Source of the DNA: Phoronis australis
Taxonomy: Eukaryota; Animalia; Phoronida
Length of the DNA: 64,000 bases
Direction: 5' to 3'
NCBI GenBank assembly: GCA_002633005.1
Contig: NMRA01000027.1
Location: 719,265-783,264, forward strand
Positions 40,168 through 54,126 of this stretch are shown here, piece after piece. The first letter of the stretch is position 1. Each line of letters begins with the position of its first letter. The notes below the pieces were generated by a model. That model saw only the letters and a program-made list of their open reading frames with translations, did no database searches and was not told where the DNA came from. The position numbers and the translations under genes are program-made.

Positions 40168-40613
40168 NNNNNNNNNNNNNNNNNNNNNNNNNNNNNNNNN
40201 NNNNNNNNNNNNNNNNNNNNNNNNNNNNNNNNNNNNNNNNNNNNNNNNNNNNNNNNNNNNNNNNNNNNNNNNNNNNNNNNNNNNNNNNNNNNNNNNNNNN
40301 NNNNNNNNNNNNNNNNNNNNNNNNNNNNNNNNNNNNNNNNNNNNNNNNNNNNNNNNNNNNNNNNNNNNNNNNNNNNNNNNNNNNNNNNNNNNNNNNNNNN
40401 NNNNNNNNNNNNNNNNNNNNNNNNNNNNNNNNNNNNNNNNNNNNNNNNNNNNNNNNNNNNNNNNNNNNNNNNNNNNNNNNNNNNNNNNNNNNNNNNNNNN
40501 NNNNNNNNNNNNNNNNNNNNNNNNNNNNNNNNNNNNNNNNNNNNNNNNNNNNNNNNNNNNNNNNNNNNNNNNNNNNNNNNNNNNNNNNNNNNNNNNNNNN
40601 NNNNNNNNNNNNN
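40168..40613. other. Assembly gap (446 N)
   Basis: Run of N. Confidence 1.
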
Positions 40614-41036
40614 CAGGCACTGGTTCGAACCTGCAGGGCCCGTTTATGTTGTCAAGAACACGCTCACGATGGTCGTTGTGCATATTGTCTGTGTCCGACG
40701 CTTCATCGTCACAAAAGATTTTCTAAAATTTCCTCGTCGTTGGAAGGCTCGTCGCTAAAGCTTTCGTAATCCATGTTGGTTTCTGCCTTGTGTGACTGAG
40801 GTTTACCAGCCGAGTTCATTCCTACAACACAGTTGTCTTCCGGACTCGACATCACAGACGCTTATGTAACCGCCTAGTCTGTTTTCAGAATTGACTCGGC
40901 TAAGTCGGAGAAGGTCATTACTGCTGGGCTTATCTAATTAATCACGCTGTGCGGACAGTAACTAGCCCAAGGAACGGGCTCCTGCAATGCTATTCTTTGA
41001 GTTGAAAAGCAGTTGTTTTGGTGTGAAACTATGTCT
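40614..41036 (-). mobile_element. End of another probable Kolobok element (KolX-like N-terminus)
   Basis: Minus strand MDYESFSDEPSNDEEIL.../..VLDNINGPCRFEPVP: acidic N-terminus plus a (P/Y)xFEP motif as in the 61344 ORF; ends at CT-TTAA near 41037. Confidence 0.4.
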
Positions 41037-43650
41037 TTAAGGGTTACTTGTATGTCTTCTCCTGACGATGTTGTCACAGACCTTGCGGAGATGTGATTTA
41101 TTGTAACCTATTTTGTCCTGGGTACGGCACGAGCTATGTTGCAGAGTAATGAAAACAAGATGAGCATTGCGAATGATGTCATTTATTATGACGTAAATAG
41201 AAAGAACTGAACAAGACTCTGCAATATGGGCATGGAAAAAACGCCGCCGGCGTGTACAATGAATAGCTCTGACAGATGGAACCAAAACAAAAAAAAAATC
41301 CTGAAGGGCCTAAAGAAAAAGTACAGAACATAAAAATAAAACTTGAAAATACCTAACAGGTAACGGATGTGAGACAAAGACGCCTGGGATCGGGGGTGGG
41401 AAAAATGGACAGAACGAACGTAGGTCTTGTAGACGACGACGTTGGTGGCTGAATGAGCTAGACCACATTGAACCGAACAAAGGAAACATGGGTGACTAAC
41501 CAGGTGTGCGTTCAGTAGACGCTAGGACCTACGCTAGGACCTAGCTAAAACCTAGTCAAAGTCACGTGTTCTTATTTAAAATACACGGCAATATCTCAAG
41601 AAATCTCGCGAAGTCTTGCTTTTTAGCGAGGTCCTAGCCCTACTGAACGGGAGGCAGATGTCGCGTAGAGAAATGTATGAATACAAAAGTACATCCTTTT
41701 GGCTATAAATAGCGATGAGTAATGAAAAATAAACCCTAAGGGTTGATATCAAAATAAAGTGACAAATGTCAAAATAATGACGATAAATGCATTTAACAAG
41801 TTAAATTTAATTTATCGTAATCTATTTTGCCCGGGGTACGCCACGAGCTGCTATATTGTTATATTGTAGAGTAAGACAAGATGAGGATTGCGAATAATGT
41901 CATTTATTATGACGTAAATAGAAAGAACTAAACAAGACTGTGCAAGATGGGCATGGAAAAAACGCCATAATGGCAGTATAGGAATACTGACATCGCCCAT
42001 CGATTTCTTCACGAAATGACCCTCTTACCGGATCGTTTTACAATAATGATTTTCACCAAAGTAGCGATATTAATATTAGGGTGATGAAATTAAAATGAGA
42101 AGTATTTTGCTGAATTTCATGTGTCATATAAATGTTAGGATTGTGGATTTTATTAGAGGTTTTCTGGCTCATTTTACATGTTGCGGAGAGATGATATTTA
42201 CATGAAAAGATCCGAATACCCCGTATGTAATTGGAGGTACATTTCACTGTTATGTTTTCCACTCATTCAACTATATGAATTTTCGGGTTAAAATTCTTCA
42301 GCTGTTTCAGTGCTGATATGTCATGCCACGGAGAGGCATGGTTTACTCACCTAACGATATTTATATTACATAAGGATATGATTATGTAACTTGATGGACA
42401 TGCATTCTACCATAGTTATTATCACTGACAAGACAATAAACATTTTAGGGCTATGGGTTCTCACACCCGTACCAATTACTACGCGATTCTTTTATGCGAA
42501 GACGGGCGATTTCGGTAGGAAATTACGCTGACATCCGTGCCCTGATGGTTTTCACTCATATGAAGATTATGAATTCAAATTGAATATCAATTTGCGCATG
42601 TCACGGAGTGGGATTTTGCTTACTAAGCAACACTCTGACCAGACATACTTAGTACTGTAATGATGTTGCTGGCTTAATGACGCTATTTATATTAGGGTCT
42701 TATAATAGGAATATCAAAATGATTATAGTTAAGGATGACTAGTACGGTCATCATTTCCACTCAAGTACTAAGTGTGCGGATTTTACGAGTTCGTCCGGAT
42801 CTTCCATTTCGCGGAAAAGTGACTTCTCACTGGAGTTGCAATTAGCACTTCACATTTTTATTCATCGTAGAACTTGTAGGGTAAAATTATGTCACCAGAC
42901 TGACCAACCTGGGAGATGTGACCTTTTATATGATGGATCCTGGAGACACACTTCTCCTGCTGGTTGCAATTCATGTTCATTTTTATTCTAGAGTAACCAA
43001 TAGATTGACAAGGTGTTTTTGCTTGATGGGGGTATTGATTTTCTGAGCGAAATTATCCTCAATGCAAACTTCTAATTAGAAATGCCTTCTCCTTTACAGT
43101 AACGACGGCCACATTTGCAGGGTGGTTTAATTTGAAAAGTTTTTTTAATTTCAGTAGAACCTTTCTTGTTTTTCGTTTATGTTGCTGAGAGGCATTTTTT
43201 CATTTTAATTCCTTCTATTATATTTTTGAACTGTGATATATTTAAATGTGATTCCATTTACAAAAGAATTTTGCAGCCAAACACGCAAGAAATTGTGCGA
43301 CCGGTTTCATGACTTGGAGTTTTCCTGAATAGCTGATTTGATTTGCACCATTAGTCATTGCATTCGTTCTAATTTTCATGGTGGTTTTGTTGTTACACTT
43401 GTAATTCTTTAATATACTTTCCATCCAGTACAAATCGTTTCTTTCCGTAACTGCTGAACACGTGCACCTCCAGAATCTATCCAATGTCGTAATTCCACCG
43501 GCCAGTCAGTGACAAGATACTTACAGCAAAATGGCATGTAAATGTTCAATGAATATTTAATTCACAAACGTATTGTTCGCAAGGTATATGGTAAAATTTA
43601 TGAATACCTTTCAACTTCGTGAGAGGTTTTGAACAAATACAAATCATAAC

Positions 43651-43809
43651 CAGGGGCGGATCCAGGATTTTTAGTTAGGGGGGCCAGGACAGAGCGTTAG
43701 CCAGGATTTTGCCCTTCAAACATTCGCACCCCCGAACTGACAAATGTAATCTTGGAGAATTTAAGGGGAGGCCATGCCCCCTTGGCCGCACCCTCTAAAT
43801 CCGCCACTT
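43651..43809. mobile_element. MITE, same family as 12235-12381
   Basis: Shared internal sequence (GGACAGAG..TTAGCCAGGATTT..CATTCGCACCCCCGAACT); flanks ATAAC/ATAAT. Confidence 0.8.
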
Positions 43810-45508
43810 ATAATTACCTTTCACATTACGGATTTAGAACGGCCGGGTCCGTGGAATATTAATCTTTCTCGACCGCAGTAAAAGACCCAAAGCAAAAGGT
43901 GATTGCGACCAGCAGAAATTTAGGACGAAAGTTAGTACGCTCGAAAGGACCAGATCTGACTAGCGACGAACGAAATTAGTCCGATGACGTAAGGGCAACG
44001 CGCCCTATAAGTTGTCTCGGCCACTTCACGAGAGTGCTGAGCTCTTCCCGCCGGCGCACTCACGGCTCACTACTGTCACTGTACCTCAAAGCCTATTTAA
44101 CAAAAATGTAAGCGTCAAGTGCTTATCGGGCAAAATGGAGATTCTGAGCGGTGGCGATGGGATATAGCGCTTCCTGATTTAGAAACCAGACAATACTGAG
44201 TCACGACGGACCCGTTATTCAGTAAACTGCGTATTATCGAAACTCAAACACTATTTTCCCACTCACATCTTACAATTAATACGTAACTCTCCCATTCTAT
44301 CTCGACTCACATATGGAATATCTGTTTGGACATTTGGAGATTGCACAAGGTTAAAAATGTTACAAAAAGCTATACGAAATGTCAATTAATCCCCATTTCT
44401 TAGTCACACTCGACTAATTTGTAAGACTTAAGAAATATTACATTATATTGTTTAAATTTTTACTACAAATATATAAACATAATGCTCCCTAGATACTTTC
44501 ACAACATAGATTCATCCAAGAATATCGCCTACTTCGAGAACAACACCATCACAATTTCCCGGTTTTATTACTAATAATACAAACTATTGACCACCATATA
44601 CAATGCCTCTAACGCAAAGAAACAACATAAAACAGATCGTATTACCATTTGCCATATCTTTTGAACCATTGCAATTTTCCGGAATGCGATTTGAATTAGC
44701 GGTAACTCATTCCTTATTAGGTTTTTCTCTCTACTTTAAAAATATACTATAAACAAGTATGCTGAAAACTCCCATGTCACAAATTGTTACATATGTTCAA
44801 ATGCTTAGAGATTCTGTGTCAGTCATCTTCAATGCTTTCCGTGCCTGTCAGTATTTTGAAGAAATACCTCTGTGAATTCATATTGCATATACCAGTAGTA
44901 GTTATGATTGTTAACCGGCTTCTAGAGGTTTATACCTTCAAAGTTGGTTGGTAGCCAAACCAGGTTGAACAAAATGTGTTATTGAAATGACAGGAAATAC
45001 GAACACAGTGATAGCAGTCATTTTTGTATTCTTGTTTGTTTTTGTGATTTTTCATATAATATTCTCTGTTTCGCATTGTTCATTTGTATCTAGTTAAATA
45101 AAAAGTTCTCTCTCAGTGAAGGAAACTGGTTCTCCTGCAACTGTTCGAAATCGCCACGCCAGTTGAAATTCACTAACCCGCCAGATGGCCTTCAGAGTAG
45201 TTCTCTAGCTGTCTCGCTGCTATAAATATCTAATCAAAGTCACGTGTTCTCATTAGAAATACACGGCAATGTCTCGCGTAATCTCGCAAAGTCCTAACGT
45301 TACTGAACTCCTCGCTGGTTCTCTACGTGCCTAGCCAGCTGGCTACCACTTAGCGGCACGCAGGGCCCCTGATTCGGAATCAGCGAGTAGTAAACTCTAC
45401 ACAGGTCTTGGGATGGACAAGCGTTCAGCGCCACCTTCAGATCTCATGCAATGCGGACGGGAGGTTTCAACTGGTATAAAAAGCGTAAACACCTTTTCTG
45501 CCATTATA

Positions 45509-45570
45509 ATGCCGGCAAATTTCCACTGCTGTGCAGTGGGATGTACCAATGCTTTACGGAAAAGGCAAAA
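45509..45570 (+). pseudogene. Isolated THAP N-terminal fragment
   Basis: MPANFHCCAVGCTNALRKR fits the THAP M(P)..C.V.GC.N start; no continuation found. Confidence 0.35.
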
Positions 45571-47276
45571 CTTTTGAAATATCGATTGAAATAAATTTGT
45601 GAACTTAACCTAATCAAACAATGGCCGGAGGAGCTGACATCGAAATTTATTCCTCTACGTTTAAATTAATGATCCACTATGTGGTAATTGAATTTCTGTC
45701 CACCAAATCTGAGTCGGGATTAATCGGAAGTCATCACTTTCGGCCTTCTCTCACTCACTCTGAAGAGTTGGCAATACGAAAAGTCTAAGAGCAGAGTTCA
45801 GCAGCTGTCTCTCAGCTGGAAAAATCTTGCCAACATCACGTGTTCTCTTTTAAAATGCACGGCAATATGTCACTTAATCTTGCGAAGTCTTGCTTTTTAG
45901 CGGACGAGGTCCTGGCGTAGGTCCTATAGCGGCGTTACTGAACTCTACCAAGTTAAAATAACTAAATCTCAACTACTATTCAGTACTCAGTAGAGACCAC
46001 AATATCACCTTTCTTACATAATGGTTTCGTTCATTTCATAAAAGATGACCCAGTGGTCTTTTGTGCTGAGCACAAAGGTGGAACACGTGAACCTAAATTC
46101 AGATGTAGGCGAAAACTTTTGGAAGGTACAGCAGCGTGTTACGAAGCAATCTGATGGAAGACGAAAGGTGAACTCAATGACAAGACTTACAACCAGCTAA
46201 ACGGTGAGCGATGATATCGTTGTAGGTAAATGTACTTCCTACTGGACAGCATGATATAAACTCGGTCACTGATACTCTGTACAATATCCGATCTTTCGGT
46301 GAGTAGTTGTACAGCCAATTGTAAATAGATATTACAAGCCAACACTATAGAATAGCAGTTATATTTCGAGAGCACCAAACTGTCTGTTCCGATAGGGGTC
46401 TTCCCACAGCGTGTTAAAGTGCACACTGTCTGCTTGTACAACCTTCTCCTTGCAGTTGCTGTTTATCGTTTTCAATACGTTCAATTATACCAAGTGCCGA
46501 GTGGTTAAAACATGCTTTGCCCGATTTCACTATTAGATGACAATATTTCTTTGGTACTTTAATGACAGTTGACTTAATCTTTGATTTTGAGGGAAAAGTA
46601 TTTTTAGTATAATATGCTAATTGAAAAAAATACAGGCAATATATGACTTAATTCGGCTATAACTAGCTAAGACGAGCCCACCCTTAAGGCCGGTGTTGGG
46701 ATCGGGGCACTCGGACTCCCCGAACCCCCAACAAAGAATTTTCCCACATTCCTGGAAAATAACACAGCAAGTTATTTAAATGACGTTCACTGAGTCGAAT
46801 GCTAATCCCGTACGAACCCGTAGGCTAATCTCCCACCCACATGAAGTTGCCCTGTAACTGTCGTGTTGGCAAAACGCACCCATCTTAAGCGCGGGGGGGT
46901 AATTGCAATCATCACCAAAAAGCAGTGCATGTCATCTATTTCAGCAACAATAATGAAGGAAATTAGATGCAACAAAAGATATCTCTTAAATTAAAACAAT
47001 AAAGATAGTGATGCAACATTTGCAGTGTGAGTGACAAGTTTATTCTTGATTTGCTGCAGAGAGACCCAGTTATTTTCAGTTCTCATAATTACGATACAAA
47101 ATTATTTAAAAAAATGAAAATCGATCCAGATATAATTCGGAAAGCCTGAAATACATACACATTTAATTCCAAAAAAATTAATTCCAACGCAAATAGAAAA
47201 AAATCAAGACGAAAACCTGTGGCTCATACCCCAACTGTTAGCATGGAAAAATACAAGTCAAAAAACAACATACTTC

Positions 47277-48856
47277 AAACTAGAAAGATTATTGTCACGG
47301 CGTGACAATAACGGACTCTGCGCGTGCGTATTACTGGAATTATTATGGGAAGTTACTGACAGCAACCCGTTTACCAATATGAAAAGGAATTCTTTAAAAT
47401 TGTAGGAGAAATTATATATTAATTTTTTGATGACCTTTCCACTAATTGACCTCTTCCGGTGCATTATGAGCCCCGATGAGGGAGTAATTGTTAACTCGAT
47501 TAAAAGTGTGGTTAATGCTGATAATCACAACTGTTTTACTTTAAGCACTTCAGAATACAAGATGAATGAAGTGGTCAAACTTTCAGAAGAAAAATGCACC
47601 TAATGACCCCATGGGTGCACCAAATGACCTGAAAATTTAGAATTCAAACTCAATCGCACTTAGTAAACAGATACGTAATTCGGAAGTCTCTAGCTCAAAA
47701 TTTAAGTTTGCACTCAATGACCTTTGACCTATCTTTCTGATTGGTTAGGCCTATTGCAAAGTAAAGTAGGGTATTCAATTGGCATGTTGACTTACAGCAG
47801 TGTGCTGAAATTGAAAAGAATTCCTTGAAAAACGTAAGACATAACATTTTGAACGTTACATGACCTTTGCACTAATTGACCTTATCCGGTGCATTTTAAG
47901 CATGTTTAGGAGAATTATTGCAAAGCCCATGGAAAATGTGTTTAACGCTGAGAATCACAGTTGTCTAACAGTTGACACATCAGAATACTTGCTGATTGAA
48001 AAGGTCAAATTTTCAGAAGAAACATGCACCTAATGACCCCCTGTTTGCACTAAATGACCTGAAACTTTGGATTCCGATTTGATTTAAGTGTGGCAATCAG
48101 ACCTGTCAATTTGAAGTGTCTAGCTCAAAATTTTAGTTTGCACCTAATGACCTTTGACCTATTTCATCTGATTAAATGACCCGATTACTTAGAAAAGTAA
48201 TTTTTTTAAATTGTCATGGTGACTTATACCTGTGCATCGAATTTGAAAAAGATAGCTTTAAAACTGAAGGAGTAGCATTTTTAAAATTATATGACCTTTG
48301 CACCAAACGACCTCTCCCGGTGCAATATGGAATATGATTAAATAACCAATCAAAATTTATATACTGTCAAAAGTCATATGCTGAATTTAAAGACCGTACC
48401 TGCACCCAATTTGGAGTTATTAAGCCTCAAAGTTGGTCGGAAGAAGAATAAGAATAAGAAGAATAAGAATAAAATTGAAGAAAACCCAGGAACAACAGTA
48501 CTCTGCGCTTACACGCGCAGAGTAATAAGAACAAGAATAAAATTGAAGAAAACCCAGAAACAACAGTACTCTGCGCTTACACGCGCAGAGTAATAAGAAG
48601 AATAAGAAGAATAAGAATAAGAATAAAAGAATAAGAATAAAATTGAAGAAAACCCAGGAACAACAGTACTCTGCGCTTACACGCGCAGAGTAATAAAATT
48701 GAAGAAAACCCAGTAACAACAGTACTCTGCGCTTACACGCGCAGAGTAATAAGAAGAATAAGAAGAATAAGAATAAGAATAAGAATAAAAGAATAATAAT
48801 AAAATTGAAGAAAACTCAGGAACAACAGTACGTGCGCTTACACGCGCAGACTAATA
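47277..48856 (+). mobile_element. Helentron/HINE-like non-autonomous element with ~430-bp internal repeats and five tandem 3' ends
   Basis: 5' AACTAGA plus hairpin TTATTGTCAC-GGC-GTGACAATAA and subTIR ACTCTGCGC; internal units at ~47431, 47861, 48292 (TGACCTTTG-rich); AAGAAT microsatellite interleaved with five copies of the hairpin TACTCTGCGC-TTAC-ACGCGCAGAGTA. Confidence 0.7.
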
Positions 48857-49049
48857 TAGAATACACCAATCACAATCATAATAAGATGGCCAAGCTTTTC
48901 AGTTTCAAACAGTAATTACAGGAATTAATTGTTCATATGCCATGCTGGTGTAGAACAAACTATTTGACTCATTCTACCCAAAAATACAAACTACCAGGAC
49001 CCTGAAAATAGGCAGACAGAATTTATAAACAATGGCTAACTTGTAAACA

Positions 49050-51865
49050 TTGCGCTACTCAGCGTCGTCGTCAACTAGGAGTGCATCTTCATCGTGGGTT
49101 TCGACCTTGACATAGAACCTTCTCCGCTGGGGTTGCCATTTGTTTTCACGTTGTAACCACAGCCACACGGTTGCTTCCTCCGCTGCTCTTACAGTAAACT
49201 TGAACATATCAGCTCGCCTAATGAAATACCCAGTAGCTTCGTCATCCACCACGTGCTACCTGCAATAAACGCTCGACATCCAACTTCTATGGGAAGACAG
49301 AAGCATTTCCAGCCATTCGCCGCACATTCCTGCAATAGCTCTACGTACTTCAGTAGTTTCCTCTCTTGAGCCTCCTGCATCCTAGTCTCCCACGGCACAG
49401 TTAACTCGATCAAAATCACTATCTTCTTGCTGTCTGCCCACAACACTATGTCTGGTCTTAACTGGGTTACTGCAATATGGCTCGGTAAGGAACCCCTAGT
49501 TACCACATCCATCACCATCTTCCAGGCGGCAGCCATGCCTAGAATTCCTGAATCACACTTCTTAGTGTTGAACTGAATGAGTGCCTTGCCAGAGTTAGTC
49601 GCCTTCCTTCTCTCTAGTTCTAAAACATGTGCAATACACTTGAGAATCTTGTCATGGCGTCAAGTGTACTTCCCTGAAGTGAGAGCTTCTCTACAGCTTG
49701 ATAGAACGTGTTCTAAGGTACATATACATCGCTTATCACAGTCCCTGCAGCTGTCATCCTGAGTTTTGCCCCACGTTCGAAGATTGACAGATGTTGGGAG
49801 AGTGTCATATATGGAACCAAGTAAAAAACCCAATCTGAACTGGTCTGAAGACAGAAGGTCTTTACCAGTTATCCTTCTGCTGTTCACTCCTTTCCATGAT
49901 GTCCATACACCCTGTTTCCTCAGTCCTACCGCTTCAGCATACCTTCTCTCATTCTCCTGAAATCTAACTTCGTCCAGAACCATTTTGCGCCTCTCTTTGC
50001 CTGTTGACGACTTCCACCTATTCCCCGGAACCATTCCCAATCCCTGTCTTCCATGACCGACGGTTCCCACGATGTCTTTATGCCGTAACCTGCTCTCTGC
50101 CTCTTCCACTGCTACAGCAGCCTTCCACTTTCTTCCACTCTCTCTGACCATCTCATCTCTCGAGTTCCGCAGAATCAGTAATGTTCTGCACTTTATTACC
50201 TTGAACTCCTCCACAATCGATGTCAATGACAGAGAAACTGTACATCCTTTGATGTATAAGTCGAGTCTTGCAAAGCTTGGTGGGACACCCACCTACTTTA
50301 TTTACCATCTGCTCACCATCCTTTCCATTTTTTCAGCAGTTGAAATTGAGAAATCGTACATTGCCAGTGGCCACATAATTTTAGGGAAAAGTCCAAAATG
50401 GTAACACCAGAATTTAAATCTGCCCGGGAGACCGCTCTTCTCAATCGTGATCAAATTGTTGTTCAGCTCTTTGATGGCTGCCTTTACATGCTCCACATCT
50501 TTCAAAGACCTGCTGTAGAACTTCCCTAAGTATTTGACTGGTTTTCTGCTCACAGATGGAATGGCCTCTGATCCTATCTTGAACGTATGGTGTGGGTTGA
50601 CTTGTCCCTTCACAATCACAAGGCTACGAAACTTCTCCACCTTGAAACTCATGCGTGCCCAATTAGCCAGCTCGCCTAGTGTCTTGACCACCCAAGCGGT
50701 ATCTACCGCAAACCCTGTTGTAATCGTCAAGTCATCCACAAATGCTCTACAAGGTGGCATCCTTTTACCCTGCAGCAAAGGTCCTCTGCACTCTTTACTA
50801 GCCCGCTTGATGATAACATTCATAGCCATGATAAAAAGGATGATCGATATGGTGCGCCCTGTCATTATCCCTTTCTCCAGCGTCTGCCAACCTGTAGTGA
50901 AGTCGTTGACTGTGAATCTCATATAAGTCCCATGGAAGTAACTCGTAATGAGATCTCGAAGTTCTCTGGGGATATGATAGGTCTCCATTGCCAATTCAAT
51001 TAGTGCTTGGGGCATCGATCCATAGGCATTGCCATGTCCAACCATACCACTGCTAAACCTGTCTTGTTTTGCTTAGCATCTTTAATGACCTCTGTTATGG
51101 CGCTATTATACGCCAGACACCCTGCATATCCACGAATTCCACCCTTCTGTACCGATGCATCCACAAACTTGTTGCGCAGGAGATAACTCGTCATCCTGCT
51201 TGAAATGAATGCAAAAAATCTTTCTCTCTCTATATCTAAAAGCGAAATGGGACGAAAATCACCAATCTGATGGCTTCCTTCAACTTCAGGATATACACCC
51301 CTCTGCTTTACCCCAAGCACCAGGCAAAGTCTTCTGTCTCCATATAACTCTCAGAAGCTTCCACAGACGTTTCAACAGCCTTGGACACTTCTTATACACT
51401 TTATAAGGCGGACCCGATGGCCCTGGGGCTGACCCTGATCTTGACTTTTCTTTGACATTCTTCAACTCTGAGAACTTGATGTCACAAAATTCCAAGGCTA
51501 CACTTGGTGCATCCTCAACGTCCAGCCAACCAAAGTCCGCCAACTCTACACTTCTGGCCCTGTCACTGTGTAAGTCCTTCAGATGGTTTTCCGGCTCCTC
51601 CTGAGTACACTTCAGACGTCCACTGGCCTCCTTCCCTAGAATGCCCTTTACAAACTTGAAAGGGTACGTAAGCAATAAACCTCTCTCTTGTACGTGCACG
51701 CTCGACTCTCTTCTTCCTCAGACGTTCAGCTTTGCTTAATATCAAAAGCCTAGCCCTTAACTCGAACCAAAGCTGCGCAAAACCTTCTTTCTCCTGTTGG
51801 ACAGCCTTCTTCCACAGCTTCTTTAGATGGCGCAATTCCTGCCTGATTTGAGAAATCTCTATCTG
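49050..51865 (-). mobile_element. 5'-truncated, frameshifted non-LTR retrotransposon with RT and restriction-like endonuclease (HERO-like clade, R2 superfamily)
   Basis: SAPGPSG.PYKVYKKCP, FRPISLLD, VQKGG, WLD/NAYGS, GIMTG.TIS.ILF, FVDDL, VKYLGK RT motifs; CCHC CRDC..TLEHVLSSC; RLE LRPDIVLW..ILIELTVPWE..AQERKLLKY..PIEVGCR.F; several frameshifts. Confidence 0.9.
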
Positions 51866-54126
51866 CCAATCAGATCATTCAAAACCTGTCACGTGACCAC
51901 TTCTCTCTTGAACTGCAAAACTCGAGTTGGTCAAAATAAGACTTTTTAACAAAATAAAACATGAAAAATGTCAAAATAAATTGGAACACATCAACGGCAA
52001 TTTAGAACATATTTGCAGTAACGAAAATAGCACTTTGTATCCCGTTTCGGCTGCAAGTAGAAAATCGGACTCAGGCCTAGCAACTTGGCAAGTACCGGTA
52101 CTGGAACGGGCTTGCACGTGGTCGTGGGATCTGAAACAAAATAATTTCATACATCAGTCACATCCCACGATTCAAATGCTATTACATTCCGAATCCAACG
52201 AATTATCAGTTACGGTTGAATTTCCTTTCAGAAAGCCTTTTTCCTTTCTTGTGTTTCATCATTTTCAGGTGGTCCTCCAAGGCGATTCGGCCACGCACGC
52301 TGTAATTGTCCCTCTGTCAAAGTTTACAGAGCGCAAACCCTGATTTTTGTTGTTTGAAAACACATTGACTGTTTTTTATCCCTTTGTTCCATGAAATATT
52401 CTGTCAACGTCTACTCCTAGCTCCGCGCATTTTTGGCCGCAGAATCGCACTATTTGTCACCGCGATTTAACACCATATGCTGACGCCATCGATGAACCAC
52501 GCTATTTCAGGTGCACCGGCAATTACGATTTTCGTTTCTCCAGAACTTAAAAAGCAGTTTCCGCTTTTCCAGTCGTCGGCAACGCCGCGGTAAGAAACCA
52601 ATTTGTCGTGGAAATTTTACGGCAAATCCGATTTTTCCGCGGAAATATAACAAAAATGAGCGGAGAACAAAGCGGAAAACCGTGTTTCCGCGGAAAATTC
52701 CAAGCATTCTAATGATGACCGCTGTAGTGGGAACCTGTGTTCACGAGCTTAGTGAAAGTATCGGAGACGCAATATTTTTGTTCTCAGTGACGTCTTTTAC
52801 ATGAACACACATTCAAACTATGTCGCATCTATAAACCTTTCTGATGCTGCATTGTAATGGCGTTCACATTCTAGTGTGATTTTTTTCCAATATCTACCGC
52901 TGTATCTCACAACTTGAGAATGTACTCGTAGAAATATAATCTACGTCATAGACCTACAGACAAACAAAATGATTGGTTTAGGGGCGATGCTGTACACTGT
53001 CAAATCTATAAAATATATTGACGACAGTTTTTCTTTGACAGATACCTGGGTTCCACTCTTGAGGTAAACTATCGTCGATATATCTAACAGTTGTGATTGT
53101 TTGGGGTATAGCGCCTCTGATGGAAGTTTTTATTTTGTGACCGTCAGTCCCCCACGAGGAGCGCTGGTGTATAGGGCTATCAGATACACAGACGGTTGTT
53201 TCTCATTGGCGAATTGTTGGTTTACCGCGACTAGATTGTAAGTATGTGTTACGTCGACTACATAGAAAGAGCATGTAAATGTACCATTAGTTTTAAAGTG
53301 TACACAACATGACTCTAGTACCTCAAAATAAATTTTATTATTATATCTTACTTGATTGCAGTGCCTTTAGTGCACAGCTCATAAAGAAACACGCAAAAAT
53401 TGAAAAAATAATAATTATGTACAACGTCATGGGTTGAACCCAAGTCGTTCGCCATACAGTTCGGATCAGAGACAAAGTGTATAGAGTGAGGTGAAAGCAA
53501 AGTACATTTAGCGTCGAGAAGGTTCGTAGAGGGATCAAAAGATGTGTTTCCGGAGGTTGCAGCAACAGCAGCCAGGCAGAGAACGTCTCGGTGTTCCGAA
53601 GGACACCAAAGTTGCGCAGAAGTGGCATCGCTTCGTGCGCCGAACGAGAGTGTGGCCGTGGGACCTCATCGTGGACCAAGCGATTCGGTCCAGGGCCACT
53701 CTGTGTTCTGCCCACTTTGAGGACTCGTGTTTCGACTCCAGTCACAGGAGATGTTACGATGAAGGCCTGGTTCAATAAAGGACAATATTTATCATTCAGA
53801 AACATTGGCCCTTCATTCAGGATTGTCTGTTGGATGACTGGGTTGACTCGCCGAGCCCGAGGCCGCTTCTCTAGCTCGCTGGAGGATCCAGTTCGTAAGG
53901 CTCAAAGTAGAAAAGTACGCAGACGGAAGCACATCAAACTTGTTCTCGCTTTCGTGCAACCCCATTTCCTCATCCTGGCCACCATTCCCGTACGTTTCTT
54001 CATAGTATTCATTCAATTCTTGCTCATAATCGTCGTCGCTTTCGAAATTCACTGCTCTCCGCCATTGTTCAATGCTAGTCACTGATCTCTTGTGTTCAAC
54101 CCATGACGTCACATGGCGGGAAATGT

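Larger units (their letters stand above)
41505..45945. repeat. Three dispersed copies of a short MITE-like repeat (~41505-41650, ~45235-45310, ~45793-45945)
   Basis: Shared TCACGTGTTCT..TT.AAAT.CACGGCAAT...AATCT.GC.AAGTC; (G)TTCAG...CTGAAC termini. Confidence 0.6.

Noticed and set aside
39997-40726. ORFs of 228 and 223 aa in the track
   Set aside because: Artefacts of translating through the N gap.
48440-48856. CRISPR-like array of hairpin repeats
   Set aside because: Spacers are AAGAAT microsatellite rather than unique sequence, the context is eukaryotic, and there are no cas genes.
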